Virus record (IMG/VR): IMGVR_UViG_3300027996_003878
DNA: 64,000 bases
Strand: one strand, 5' to 3'
Source: a virus
Lineage: Duplodnaviria; Caudoviricetes
The notes beneath the pieces are model-generated. The model worked only from the letters and a program-made list of their open reading frames with translations, did not search any database and was not told the origin of the DNA. Positions 9,962 to 17,970 of the stretch are shown here, one piece after another. The position numbers and the translations under genes are program-made. Each line of letters opens with the position of its first letter. Positions within the stretch are counted from its first letter, which is position 1.

Positions 9962-10381
9962 TTAGGAGGTTTTTTCTGAATCATGAAACCAATCAGCCGG
10001 AAGAGTATAGCAAGTTACCCCATCTTCTTCTTGATTATCTAGATCTCCTGCACCCGGAATACAGGGAGAACATTTTCTTGCTTGAGTAGTATGCGGTGAC
10101 TCAAAAACCCAAACCAAAGGAGCGCCCCCTAAGTAAGACATTCCCAGCTTCATATCATTAGTAGTTAGACCATACTCATCCTCTTCGCCTAGCCAGTTTT
10201 CGGCAAATTCCTGCTCATCTTCGTCCGTTGCATCAGGATTTTCATTTCTCCAATCAGTTAAGGCTGCGGCATAACTTAGATTTTCTCCGTAATTAAAAAA
10301 TTCTTCGAACACCCAATCTTTTAGATTATTAAGAGCAACAACACCATAAGCAATTCCAGTTTCGGGGTTATAATTAGGCAT
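9962..10381 (-). CDS. acidic hypothetical phage protein
   Basis: 139-aa ORF behind promoter 10448-10475; CSPCIPGAGDLD motif. Confidence 0.75.
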   Translation of the reverse strand: MPNYNPETGIAYGVVALNNLKDWVFEEFFNYGENLSYAAALTDWRNENPDATDEDEQEFAENWLGEEDEYGLTTNDMKLGMSYLGGAPLVWVFESPHTTQARKCSPCIPGAGDLDNQEEDGVTCYTLPADWFHDSEKTS

Positions 10382-10531
10382 CTTTATCTTCTTTCACTTT
10401 TAGAATAATAATTACAAACCGCGATTAGCGCTGCGGACTGTGATACTAATATAATCACCCATAACTGCCTGTCAATGGGTTTTTAAGAATAATACAGATC
10501 TATATCTATGTAGAACGATGATTCTATTTTA

Positions 10532-10813
10532 TTAGAACGGCCATTCTACTTTTGTAATCTTTTTGAATCCGCTTCTGGTTGTGTTAAGCAGCCCAAGCTT
10601 TTCAACAACACTTTCCGGGGTGGCTCCAGGCTTAGACATTTCACTCTGCCAAACGGGACTGGCCTCTAACGCCGAGGCTAAGATCTCTACAGCTCCAGGC
10701 TGCTCCAAATCCCTTCGCATTTGATTTTGGTCGCGCATAGTTTTGGCGACTTTATAAGCAAAACCACCAATGAGCAACTTGCCGGCCCAATCTATTTTGT
10801 AATCTTTAAACAT
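10532..10813 (-). CDS. hypothetical protein
   Basis: 93-aa ORF. Confidence 0.65.
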   Translation of the reverse strand: MFKDYKIDWAGKLLIGGFAYKVAKTMRDQNQMRRDLEQPGAVEILASALEASPVWQSEMSKPGATPESVVEKLGLLNTTRSGFKKITKVEWPF

Positions 10814-10879
10814 TTTTTTGCCTCTTTCAAGATTAAAAGCAGCATATCTTTGAAAGAATAGATATAACTAATTATATAG

Positions 10880-10952
10880 GCCAATGTAGCTCAATAGGCA
10901 GAGCAGGACATTTGTAATGTCAAGGTTGTAGGTTCGATTCCTATCATTGGCT
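10880..10952 (+). tRNA. tRNA-Thr(UGU)
   Basis: Acceptor GCCAATG/CATTGGC, anticodon loop TT TGT AA, GGTTCGATTCC T-arm; CCA not encoded. Confidence 0.93.
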
Positions 10953-10962
10953 CTACTTTTAT

Positions 10963-11286
10963 TTATTCAGCTAATTCTTCTTTAATTTTTTTCGCAAATG
11001 TTGTTGCGAGTTTTAAATTATTTGAAAAGATGGATGCTTGTTCTGGATTGATTGGCTCTAGATCTAACCAATCAACAGAAACATTCCACTTTTGTTCGTT
11101 ATAATCATATGCCGCTGTTACTTCAATTTGGGGAGTAAAGTACCAAGTCATTGCAGTACGATGTCTACCAAGCCCCATATCTGTATAAGGAACTTTCCAT
11201 GAATCCACTGTATCTTTTAAAGTAAGAAGAGTATGCATGGATAACGAAACTTTAAACGATTTTGCTACTTTTTGAAGCTTGCTCAT
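10963..11286 (-). CDS. paralog family A protein with shared N-terminal leader
   Basis: C-terminal WYF..IEV..Y...W.V.V.W core like 5591 and 5967; N-terminus KVAKSFKVSL. Confidence 0.75.
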   Translation of the reverse strand: MSKLQKVAKSFKVSLSMHTLLTLKDTVDSWKVPYTDMGLGRHRTAMTWYFTPQIEVTAAYDYNEQKWNVSVDWLDLEPINPEQASIFSNNLKLATTFAKKIKEELAE

Positions 11287-11323
11287 GTTTATTATATTAT
11301 TTTATTGAGCGTAATAGTTAAAT

Positions 11324-11629
11324 CTAATCATTACCCGCAGTGCCGTATGTATCAATCCAATCTAGAAAATCTTCCACAGGGGTTTCTGGAAGAGCCCCAA
11401 CACGCATTGAGCCATAACGTCGATAGCAATTGTATAGCCTCCCCTCACCGTCTTCAAACGTCCACTGACACTCATCATAGCCCTTGTCAGGAGCAACCCA
11501 CCCATCCAATGAAGGCTGAAAGAATGTTTCAACAATGGACTGCTGTTTTGAAGAAAGAATATTTCTTAGCGCTAATCCAATTATGTTTGCGTTTTTGATT
11601 AGCTTGTATTTTTGTGTCGTGTCGGTCAT
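11324..11629 (-). CDS. hypothetical protein (leaderless start)
   Basis: ATG 7 nt after -10 box; track extension MSDYISI is the promoter. Confidence 0.7.
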   Translation of the reverse strand: MTDTTQKYKLIKNANIIGLALRNILSSKQQSIVETFFQPSLDGWVAPDKGYDECQWTFEDGEGRLYNCYRRYGSMRVGALPETPVEDFLDWIDTYGTAGND

Positions 11630-11678
11630 GATACTAATATAATCACTCACTAGAGCGTGCCAATATAAAACACATATT

Positions 11679-11754
11679 TGGTAGGGCGAGAGGGATTCGA
11701 ACCCTCACTTTAAGGGTTTTAAGCCCTCTTCCTCTGCCGTTGGGATACCGCCCC
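11679..11754 (-). tRNA. tRNA-Leu(UAA) with short variable loop
   Basis: GGGGCGG/TCGCCCT-A-CCA, GAGGG CT TAA AA CCCTT, variable region only AAAGT. Confidence 0.9.
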
Positions 11755-11816
11755 ATATTATTATTTTACGTTAATTGCAGTTGCAGCTTTGAGCAAAGCA
11801 TATGCCAACTCTTCTG

Positions 11817-11853
11817 CTGAGCCTGCTGCGTATACCAATTTCGCCATATCCGC
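11817..11853 (-). pseudogene. orphan 5' half of tRNA-Leu(CAG)
   Basis: GCGGATATGGCGAAATTGGTATACGCAGCAGGCTCAG matches a tRNA-Leu 5' half up to the anticodon; no complementary 3' half follows. Confidence 0.55.
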
Positions 11854-11894
11854 ATATATTGCTTTCTTAATTATTTAATTTATCTCTCAATTTG

Positions 11895-12216
11895 CTCCGG
11901 CTGTTGGACTCGAACCAACGACCTAGTGGTTACTTACTACTACAGCTTTCACTGCCACAAAAGTGTTTGTAGTCTGGACTATATCATCACCCTCGGCTTT
12001 ACGTTAGGGTGTCCGGCGCTAATGTGGTAATTAAGAGGACTTTACCTCTCCACTAGCCTCTGCACCTTCCAGCGGTGTACTGCTGGCTTGGCTCAGGATT
12101 AGCATATCTGCCACGCAAACTTAGCCTTCCCTGAATTCACCGGATTTACATCATAAAGTTTCCTCCATGAGCTGCTAACTCACAGCCACTTGCTCTACCA
12201 ACTGAGCTAAGCCGGA
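11895..12216 (-). tRNA. tRNA-Asn(GUU) split by group I intron at 35/36
   Basis: Exon1 12216-12182 ends AGTGGCTGT; exon2 11932-11895 begins TAACCACT; spliced loop CT GTT AA. Confidence 0.92.
11933..12181 (-). mobile_element. group I intron (249 nt, no ORF)
   Basis: P AATTCAGGGAA, Q AATCCTGAGC, R CAGAGGCTA, S GATATAGTCC; follows U, ends in G. Confidence 0.92.
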
Positions 12217-12435
12217 ATGGTGTGCCTCTAGCTACAATAACCAACTTAGCTATCTTGCATGTCGGAGGCACACTTAATTTTATTTAACAAAAAAACTTCT
12301 CTCGAAATAATTAATATGTGGGCTTAAAAATAACTATTTGATAAAATATTAATAATTACAAAGCCATCACAAACGTCTTGTAATTGTTCGTGTAATATAA
12401 TCATGTCGATACAAAGGTCAACATCTTCTTGCTTG

Positions 12436-12765
12436 CTACCTTAAGCTCTTGGTTGGAATCACCGCAACAGCGCCAACGATAGGTTTTCCAGCCAAAATCG
12501 TTGCAACTAGATTAATCCTAAGTCGTTTTAGCAGGCCCTCTTCGTTCACGATCATCATAAAATCATTATCTTCTTTCACAGGAACAAGCTCAATTAGACC
12601 GCCCACAGCATTCTGAAGTACTTTCAAGCCGTAAGAGCCATCATCATTATCAGGCAACATTTCTGTTACGCCAATGGCTTTGGTCGCATCTTGAAAGAAC
12701 TCATCAGGGCTTGTCTCTGGGCTAATCCTAAGTCCGTGTGCGTATGTGCGGCTAGTTGCTTCCAT
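12436..12765 (-). CDS. DUF3846-like protein
   Basis: LQNAVGGLIELV, MIVNEEGLL, N..AT.LAG.PIVG motifs. Confidence 0.8.
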   Translation of the reverse strand: MEATSRTYAHGLRISPETSPDEFFQDATKAIGVTEMLPDNDDGSYGLKVLQNAVGGLIELVPVKEDNDFMMIVNEEGLLKRLRINLVATILAGKPIVGAVAVIPTKSLR

Positions 12766-12770
12766 TGTGA

Positions 12771-12920
12771 TTACTTTAAATTCTTTTTTCTGTTTAACAA
12801 AAACTGCTTAACGGTAATATCTTCTTGTTTAAATTGTTTTACCGCATATTTAAATTGCTTTGACTTTCCTGTAAATATAAAGCCGTTGTTGTAAATATTT
12901 AAAATAGCTTGATTTGTCAT
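12771..12920 (-). CDS. MciZ-like peptide (49 aa, not in ORF track), candidate FtsZ inhibitor
   Basis: MTNQAILNIYNNGFIFTGKSKQFKYAVKQFKQEDITVKQFLLNRKKNLK; ATGA overlap with upstream stop; pattern resembles Bacillus MciZ. Confidence 0.5.
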   Translation of the reverse strand: MTNQAILNIYNNGFIFTGKSKQFKYAVKQFKQEDITVKQFLLNRKKNLK

Positions 12921-13153
12921 TCTTCCATCTTATACAGGACGTGCTTTAGGTCAACTTTTTGCCATTTATCAGGAACTCCCCATCCTTCAGGAAGAGGCTC
13001 GCAGCATGAAAACTTCCCTGACAATTCATTGGGTGAACATTTTATACATTGAACGTAAATATCACCATAATGATTGGTTGAAATCCATGCAACATAACCG
13101 CAGCTATTGCACTTATATCGCTTTGCTTTAATCTTGCCAGTTTTTTTAATCAC
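12917..13153 (-). CDS. zinc-ribbon hypothetical protein
   Basis: CNSC...CIKC...CC. Confidence 0.7.
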   Translation of the reverse strand: MIKKTGKIKAKRYKCNSCGYVAWISTNHYGDIYVQCIKCSPNELSGKFSCCEPLPEGWGVPDKWQKVDLKHVLYKMEE

Positions 13154-13350
13154 GGATCTTGCAACCTTAGATGAGCTGATTGAACCCAGCCCACAAGCTT
13201 CTCCGGCTCAAAAGAATTAAATGGGGTTTCGAACTTTACCTGAACCTGAAATGCCAGCTTGTTGTAATCAGTAGCAACAACGACTCCGGGCGCATTGTCA
13301 TCGGTATGAATAACTCTATCATTTACGGAAAACCTCATGACATACCTCAA
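13150..13350 (-). CDS. small SH3/KOW-like protein
   Basis: FSVNDRVIH...GVVV...VQVKF; paralog of 5397-5594. Confidence 0.65.
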   Translation of the reverse strand: MRYVMRFSVNDRVIHTDDNAPGVVVATDYNKLAFQVQVKFETPFNSFEPEKLVGWVQSAHLRLQDP

Positions 13351-13367
13351 TTCAACATCCTCTCATT

Positions 13368-13607
13368 TTAACGAATTACGATCCAGCCACCCTTGGACTC
13401 TACGTAACAAGTTCCCACATTTGAGTAAATACAACAATAAACGCGACGCCACCTATTGTTATCAGGTAATTTAACCATTTTAGAAGTTGGAATCTTCTTG
13501 CCATACCCGGTCCTTGTGTAACTAAGGCCTTTTTCTTGCCACCAAAGAGGCTCTTCCTTGCTTTCGAGTTCAGACAAGTCGTATCGCTTAATAATGTTCT
13601 TCTTCAT
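13368..13607 (-). CDS. hypothetical phage protein (leaderless start)
   Basis: ATG at promoter +1; WWQ..GLS.T.TGYG.KIPT, RWRRVYC..YSN.GT motifs. Confidence 0.75.
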   Translation of the reverse strand: MKKNIIKRYDLSELESKEEPLWWQEKGLSYTRTGYGKKIPTSKMVKLPDNNRWRRVYCCIYSNVGTCYVESKGGWIVIR

Positions 13608-13666
13608 AATACTAATATAATCACTCACTGGGTGGCGTCAAGTGTTACCGCTAAAATATTTTATTA

Positions 13667-13942
13667 TTAAAGGATACGTTTTTCTTTTCGTCCATGCAGT
13701 TCAGGGAAATGAACCTTCCATGTTTTTCCTGTTTTTAAATCAGTGGCAAGCGTATCCCACACCCCGTCTGGATTATCGCCGGATTGCCCTGGTATAGCCG
13801 AGCAATAACGACAACTGCATCGATCATCGTCTGCCCCATGGCCAAACTCGCTCTTAGGTAGAGGATTAAAGCCCGTGTTATTAAAGACACAAGCGTAGGA
13901 TACACCGTCAACAACTTTTGGCTCTAGCTTCATTTTTTTCAT
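13667..13942 (-). CDS. hypothetical zinc-binding protein
   Basis: Likely start MKKMKLEPK; CSCRYC motif. Confidence 0.65.
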   Translation of the reverse strand: MKKMKLEPKVVDGVSYACVFNNTGFNPLPKSEFGHGADDDRCSCRYCSAIPGQSGDNPDGVWDTLATDLKTGKTWKVHFPELHGRKEKRIL

Positions 13943-13943
13943 C

Positions 13944-14150
13944 CTAACAAGTGAATTGAACAAAAGACTCATCTTTAAGCTGCTCTTGAAGATGATCAAT
14001 AATACAATCAATGCTCTCAAGCGTCTCTTTAATAGTAAACTTCTTCTTGGCCTTTTGCCACTCAATAATTTGATCTTTAAGATCTTGAATCCGCTCTTGC
14101 TTCATAGCATCGACCAAACAGGCTAGTGGTTTTGTTGTCTTTATCATCAT
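13944..14150 (-). CDS. hypothetical protein (leaderless start)
   Basis: ATG 7 nt after -10 box. Confidence 0.7.
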   Translation of the reverse strand: MMIKTTKPLACLVDAMKQERIQDLKDQIIEWQKAKKKFTIKETLESIDCIIDHLQEQLKDESFVQFTC

Positions 14151-14220
14151 GATACTAATATAATCACTCACGCATACGTGTCAATAGTGTACGTGCTCTT
14201 TTTTCTTAATATTAAATTTG

Positions 14221-14661
14221 TTATTTAAATAATCCAGCCTCATGCATGCTCACATGCTCATCTTCTGTTAGGACAATATGATCTAAAAGTTTAATTCCTA
14301 AAATTTCAGCCGCGTTTTTAACTCGTTTTGTAAAATCAATATCGCTTTGAGATGGCTTTACACTTCCAGATGGATGATTGTGCCCCAAAATAATTCCTGT
14401 TGCTGCTGATAGGACCGCCCCTCGCAAGACATCAGATGCAGTTACGCCACACGATCCCAAACCACCTACAGCTACAACTTCACAACCTACTGGATTAAGT
14501 TGATTATTACAGTAAACAATGGAAAGCACCTCACGATCTCCGCGCTCTGAACAACACAATTGGCGCAAAACATCAACCGCAATACTTGGAGTGTTAACGC
14601 TGTACTTACAACGCTTTTCTCGAACAAGCTTTACTCTATATCGTGGCAATGCATATTTCAT
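14221..14661 (-). CDS. radC: RadC-like JAB domain protein
   Basis: DREVLSIV..., IILGHNHPSG...PSQSD...LLDHIV. Confidence 0.92.
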   Translation of the reverse strand: MKYALPRYRVKLVREKRCKYSVNTPSIAVDVLRQLCCSERGDREVLSIVYCNNQLNPVGCEVVAVGGLGSCGVTASDVLRGAVLSAATGIILGHNHPSGSVKPSQSDIDFTKRVKNAAEILGIKLLDHIVLTEDEHVSMHEAGLFK

Positions 14662-14818
14662 ACTTCAAAACTTTCAGCAGGAGACAAGGTTATGAATTCA
14701 ATAAGATCTTCAGAGTCTTTTTCTTCAACCCTTTCATTTAAAAGGTAATCATTAATATTTTCCAAATCAATTGTCTTAGATGAAAAATCAATATTTGAAA
14801 TACTTTGAAACTTAATAA

Positions 14819-15208
14819 TCATTTAATTACCTCAACCTCTTCGCCTTTTTCATTAACGTAAACAAGGCGTGATGCATTCTTAGAGCACGGGAACAAGCAG
14901 CCGCCATAGACTGGGTTTGAAAAATAACCCATCAAGCTGGTTAGGGGCTTTGCCGTACCGCTCTTGTCGAGTCGCGCTTTCTTTACTGTCGCCTTCATAC
15001 TACTAATATAACCACCATGAAGGATGGCGCAAGGGCAATTTCTGACAAAAAACTCTATGAAGTATTTCTCGCCGCTTTGAAGGTGCTCCACACAGGCGGA
15101 GGTTTCCTCATCTCGAAGGCGACTGAGAAAAACTCGTAGGGCCGCCTCCGGTGAACTTGCCTTTATTTCGTCAGTTAATTGAACTTGGTATGTTTCTTCT
15201 GCTTCCAT
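14819..15208 (-). CDS. hypothetical ORF containing an internal promoter; 14819-14998 is a probable separate leaderless gene
   Basis: GGYISSM in the ORF is the promoter motif read in frame. Confidence 0.6.
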   Translation of the reverse strand: MEAEETYQVQLTDEIKASSPEAALRVFLSRLRDEETSACVEHLQSGEKYFIEFFVRNCPCAILHGGYISSMKATVKKARLDKSGTAKPLTSLMGYFSNPVYGGCLFPCSKNASRLVYVNEKGEEVEVIK

Positions 15209-15308
15209 TATTTACACTCCAGCCAGTTGTCCCCATACTTGCTCGACGTTTCCAAGGGAACCGCCAAGTCAAAGTCAAAGGGGTGCATCTTTATTGTTTT
15301 AAAAGTTT

Positions 15309-15384
15309 TGGTGGGTCCACTCGGATTCGAACCGAGGGCCTACTGGTTAAAAGCCCGCAGCTCTACCGACTGAGCTATGGACCC
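15309..15384 (-). tRNA. tRNA-Lys(UUU)
   Basis: GGGTCCA/TGGACCC-A-CCA; loop CT TTT AA; one mismatch in the anticodon stem. Confidence 0.92.
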
Positions 15385-15429
15385 TTACTGCCGGCCTTGG
15401 GGCGCCACCTGCGCCCCAAGGCCAACCTA

Positions 15430-15756
15430 TCAAACTTTGTAGATGGCTGAATACCATGAAGTGCATTGCTCGGCGTAGTAGCCAATTTCAAACAATGCTT
15501 CAGTCATTTCCTCAACTGATTTATAATCCATGTAATCCATGTTGAAGTACCGTGCATGGTCGCCGCCGTCATGAACCACGATCAACTCTGAACTTGTACC
15601 ATATTGCTCCCCTCGGTCCTCCCACTCTTCAACTGAGTAAAACGGTCGGCAGCCTCCAGCCTTGGCTCCCTCAAACAAAACGCTCACGATCTTGTCAGCG
15701 ATCTTTTTTTCAGTTCCTTCAAGATGTGAGGTGTCAAATTTATCGTGGAATTTCAT
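15430..15756 (-). CDS. hypothetical protein
   Basis: AAGGAG SD; promoter 15795-15822. Confidence 0.75.
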   Translation of the reverse strand: MKFHDKFDTSHLEGTEKKIADKIVSVLFEGAKAGGCRPFYSVEEWEDRGEQYGTSSELIVVHDGGDHARYFNMDYMDYKSVEEMTEALFEIGYYAEQCTSWYSAIYKV

Positions 15757-15801
15757 AGTAATCTCCTTGCGGTTTAGCTCCTCGCTACAATACTAATATA
15801 A

Positions 15802-16389
15802 TCACCCAATCAATGATGTCAACACCCAGCCGCCTTCTTTTTTCTTTGGCAGGTGATTTCGCAAGCTAAAGAAAAGCTCACAAATCTCAAGGGCATCATT
15901 TTGTTGTTTTGTTAGTTTTGTGCAGTCAATATGGCCTTTTTCATTTTTAAAGGTTTCTACAATAACATCGGCAAGGCAGTTCTTTGGCTCAAATGAAATA
16001 AAGTTCTCGCTGCAATAATCAAGAAGTTTGCAATCAAGACGAAGCATGTAATATCGAACGCTTTGAACTTCCCAGCTTTTTCCTGTTTTAGCAAGAACTC
16101 CAAAAGGCTTCCCAGGAACATCATCGTAATCGAAATAAACCCCTACTCCTTTTTCTTGCTTATATACAACTTGACCCTCCATGTCGCCGCCTTCATAGTC
16201 CATGGCAACCAAGCAATTTTCAACTTTAGCAAAAGCCTCATTGCATCGGTCAAGTTTACGCTGATAAGCATCGCTCCTTGGCCTCGTTGACCATGCGCTC
16301 GACCGACCGCTGAACCTGTAACAATAGACAGGGCCACGAAGGGTTTTGACAGGCCGAGTTTTTCGCAGTGTATAGATGTATGTTCCCAT
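15802..16389 (-). CDS. hypothetical protein
   Basis: AAGGAG SD; promoter 16410-16437; stop codon lies inside the next promoter. Confidence 0.75.
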   Translation of the reverse strand: MGTYIYTLRKTRPVKTLRGPVYCYRFSGRSSAWSTRPRSDAYQRKLDRCNEAFAKVENCLVAMDYEGGDMEGQVVYKQEKGVGVYFDYDDVPGKPFGVLAKTGKSWEVQSVRYYMLRLDCKLLDYCSENFISFEPKNCLADVIVETFKNEKGHIDCTKLTKQQNDALEICELFFSLRNHLPKKKEGGWVLTSLIG

Positions 16390-16466
16390 AGTGCTCTCCT
16401 TACACTACTAATATAATCACTACATGCCCTGCGTCAATCCCATTATTGCTTTTTTCTTATTATTAA

Positions 16467-16658
16467 TTAAAAAGCTTTTGACCTCACATGCAGGCTTAAT
16501 TCGTTTAAATTTACAGATGTTTTAATTACTTGATTATTAAGGTTAACCCAAACATTAACCTCTTTGTTAATCATAGAATTAAAAATTTCTTTGGCGGAAA
16601 GAAATGCCAATCCAATATTAGAGCCCCAATTAGGATGCCCAACTTCAACCCATTTCAT
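16467..16658 (-). CDS. hypothetical protein
   Basis: AGGAGG SD; promoter 16696-16724. Confidence 0.65.
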   Translation of the reverse strand: MKWVEVGHPNWGSNIGLAFLSAKEIFNSMINKEVNVWVNLNNQVIKTSVNLNELSLHVRSKAF

Positions 16659-16743
16659 TATTATTTCTGCCTCCTGTGCAGATCAATATAGTATAAACAT
16701 AATCACTTTAATGCAAAAAGTCAAGATAATATAAAATGCTTAT

Positions 16744-16944
16744 TTAATCTGATCCTTCTTCGTCAGATACAATATTGTAACAATTGCAATTTTTAAATTG
16801 AGATGATTCGCCGCTTATCTCTTTTAATTCAATAATTACAGGCTCTCCCTGCCTCTCACACTCTTCATGAACAATCCTTCCAAATTGAACGGCATTTGAT
16901 TGTACCCAAGAGCCGTTCTTCCATGCCACATATATAATCCACAT
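16744..16944 (-). CDS. hypothetical protein
   Basis: 66-aa ORF. Confidence 0.55.
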   Translation of the reverse strand: MWIIYVAWKNGSWVQSNAVQFGRIVHEECERQGEPVIIELKEISGESSQFKNCNCYNIVSDEEGSD

Positions 16945-17053
16945 AATAAGTCCAATTATAATAATTAATAAGAAGTCTTGCTTTAAGGTAATCTTGCATT
17001 AACTGTATATTAAATTATTATAATTGAATCTTATATTTATATTTTACGAATAA

Positions 17054-17215
17054 TCACTCTAACCTGTAAACAATGTCGCTTGTAATCCGCCTCACGGCTT
17101 GAAGTTTTTCTGAGACGAATTTTACATCATTGGGCTGATTCTCTTCAAGAAGAACCAGCATGTTAAAGAGATCTTCATGTATTTGATTATACAATGTTCG
17201 AATATCTGATTTCAT
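17054..17215 (-). CDS. small hypothetical protein (53 aa)
   Basis: Manual translation MKSDIRTLYNQIHEDLFNML... Confidence 0.5.
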   Translation of the reverse strand: MKSDIRTLYNQIHEDLFNMLVLLEENQPNDVKFVSEKLQAVRRITSDIVYRLE

Positions 17216-17302
17216 TTAATAACCTATTAAAGATTTATTTATAAACATATCACTTGCGCTTGGTACCCTCGGCAGGATTCGAACCTGCGACCATCGGCTT
17301 AG

Positions 17303-17970
17303 CATACTAACTACAGCTTTCGCTGCCAGCCGAAGCTGTTTGTAGTCTGGACTATCTCTTCACCATTTCAGGCGCAGCACGTATAGTCTCTACGGAACCT
17401 CACGATAATCAGAAGCTAAGTTTACACTTTTCTTTTGATTATTCTTTGGAGTCTCTACCCTAAGCGTAACGCTTTTTCCAAAATCAGATGGGTTAAGATA
17501 GTAACAATTATCAGTCTGAGGACAGTAGATACAATAGATGTCTATAAAAGATTTATCTACTGGCACTGTATGAGTGCCGTTTTTATCTGTCCAACAAGAA
17601 CTGAACTTAACTTCTAATCTACCATTAGAAGCATCACGATACTTAACCTGAACAGTTTTAAACTGTCCATCTTTCCATAGAACCAAATCAAATGGCGCAT
17701 GTTCTGTTTCTGGACTAAGTGTTAAGTAACCTTTCTGAAAAAGGTCACACTTAGCCTTTAAGACTCCTAGATCACCCTTGTTTTTAGTATGATGATTTAT
17801 CATGGTGGCATTATTTTACCATAAGATCAACATACGGATTAATCGTAAGTTTCCACGGGATTGTCATCAGCACTACCTGTTAAGAGTTCCCCGTTATGGT
17901 GCTGTCCGTTTTATAGGTTTCTGTTTTCCTATAAAGGCTCCTATGTAGCAGCAGAGTTGCTGCAATGCTA
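17303..17970 (-). mobile_element. group I intron (668 nt) with homing endonuclease ORF
   Basis: P ATAACGGGGAA, Q GACAATCCCGTGG, R GTAGAGACTA, S GAGATAGTCC; terminal G; 3' end nearly identical to the tRNA-Asn intron. Confidence 0.92.
17390..17803 (-). CDS. group I intron-associated PD-(D/E)XK homing endonuclease (PDDEXK_5, I-Ssp6803I-like)
   Basis: KGDLG..., PFDLV, TVQVKY, DIYCIYCP motifs; located inside the intron. Confidence 0.88.
   Translation of the reverse strand: MINHHTKNKGDLGVLKAKCDLFQKGYLTLSPETEHAPFDLVLWKDGQFKTVQVKYRDASNGRLEVKFSSCWTDKNGTHTVPVDKSFIDIYCIYCPQTDNCYYLNPSDFGKSVTLRVETPKNNQKKSVNLASDYREVP

Noticed and set aside
11760-11853. tmRNA with tag peptide
   Set aside because: No tmRNA 3' T-arm or CCA end, far too short, and the peptide does not end in a typical ALAA-like degron.
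13944-14065. Overlap between ORFs 13667-14065 and 13944-14171
   Set aside because: Artefact of an over-extended start; the downstream gene most likely begins at 13942.
8814-14171. Recurrent N-terminal peptide MSDYISIM / MGDYVSIM in four track ORFs
   Set aside because: It is the promoter motif GTGAGTGATTATATTAGTATCATG read in frame from an upstream GTG/ATG-like codon. The real starts are the final ATG.
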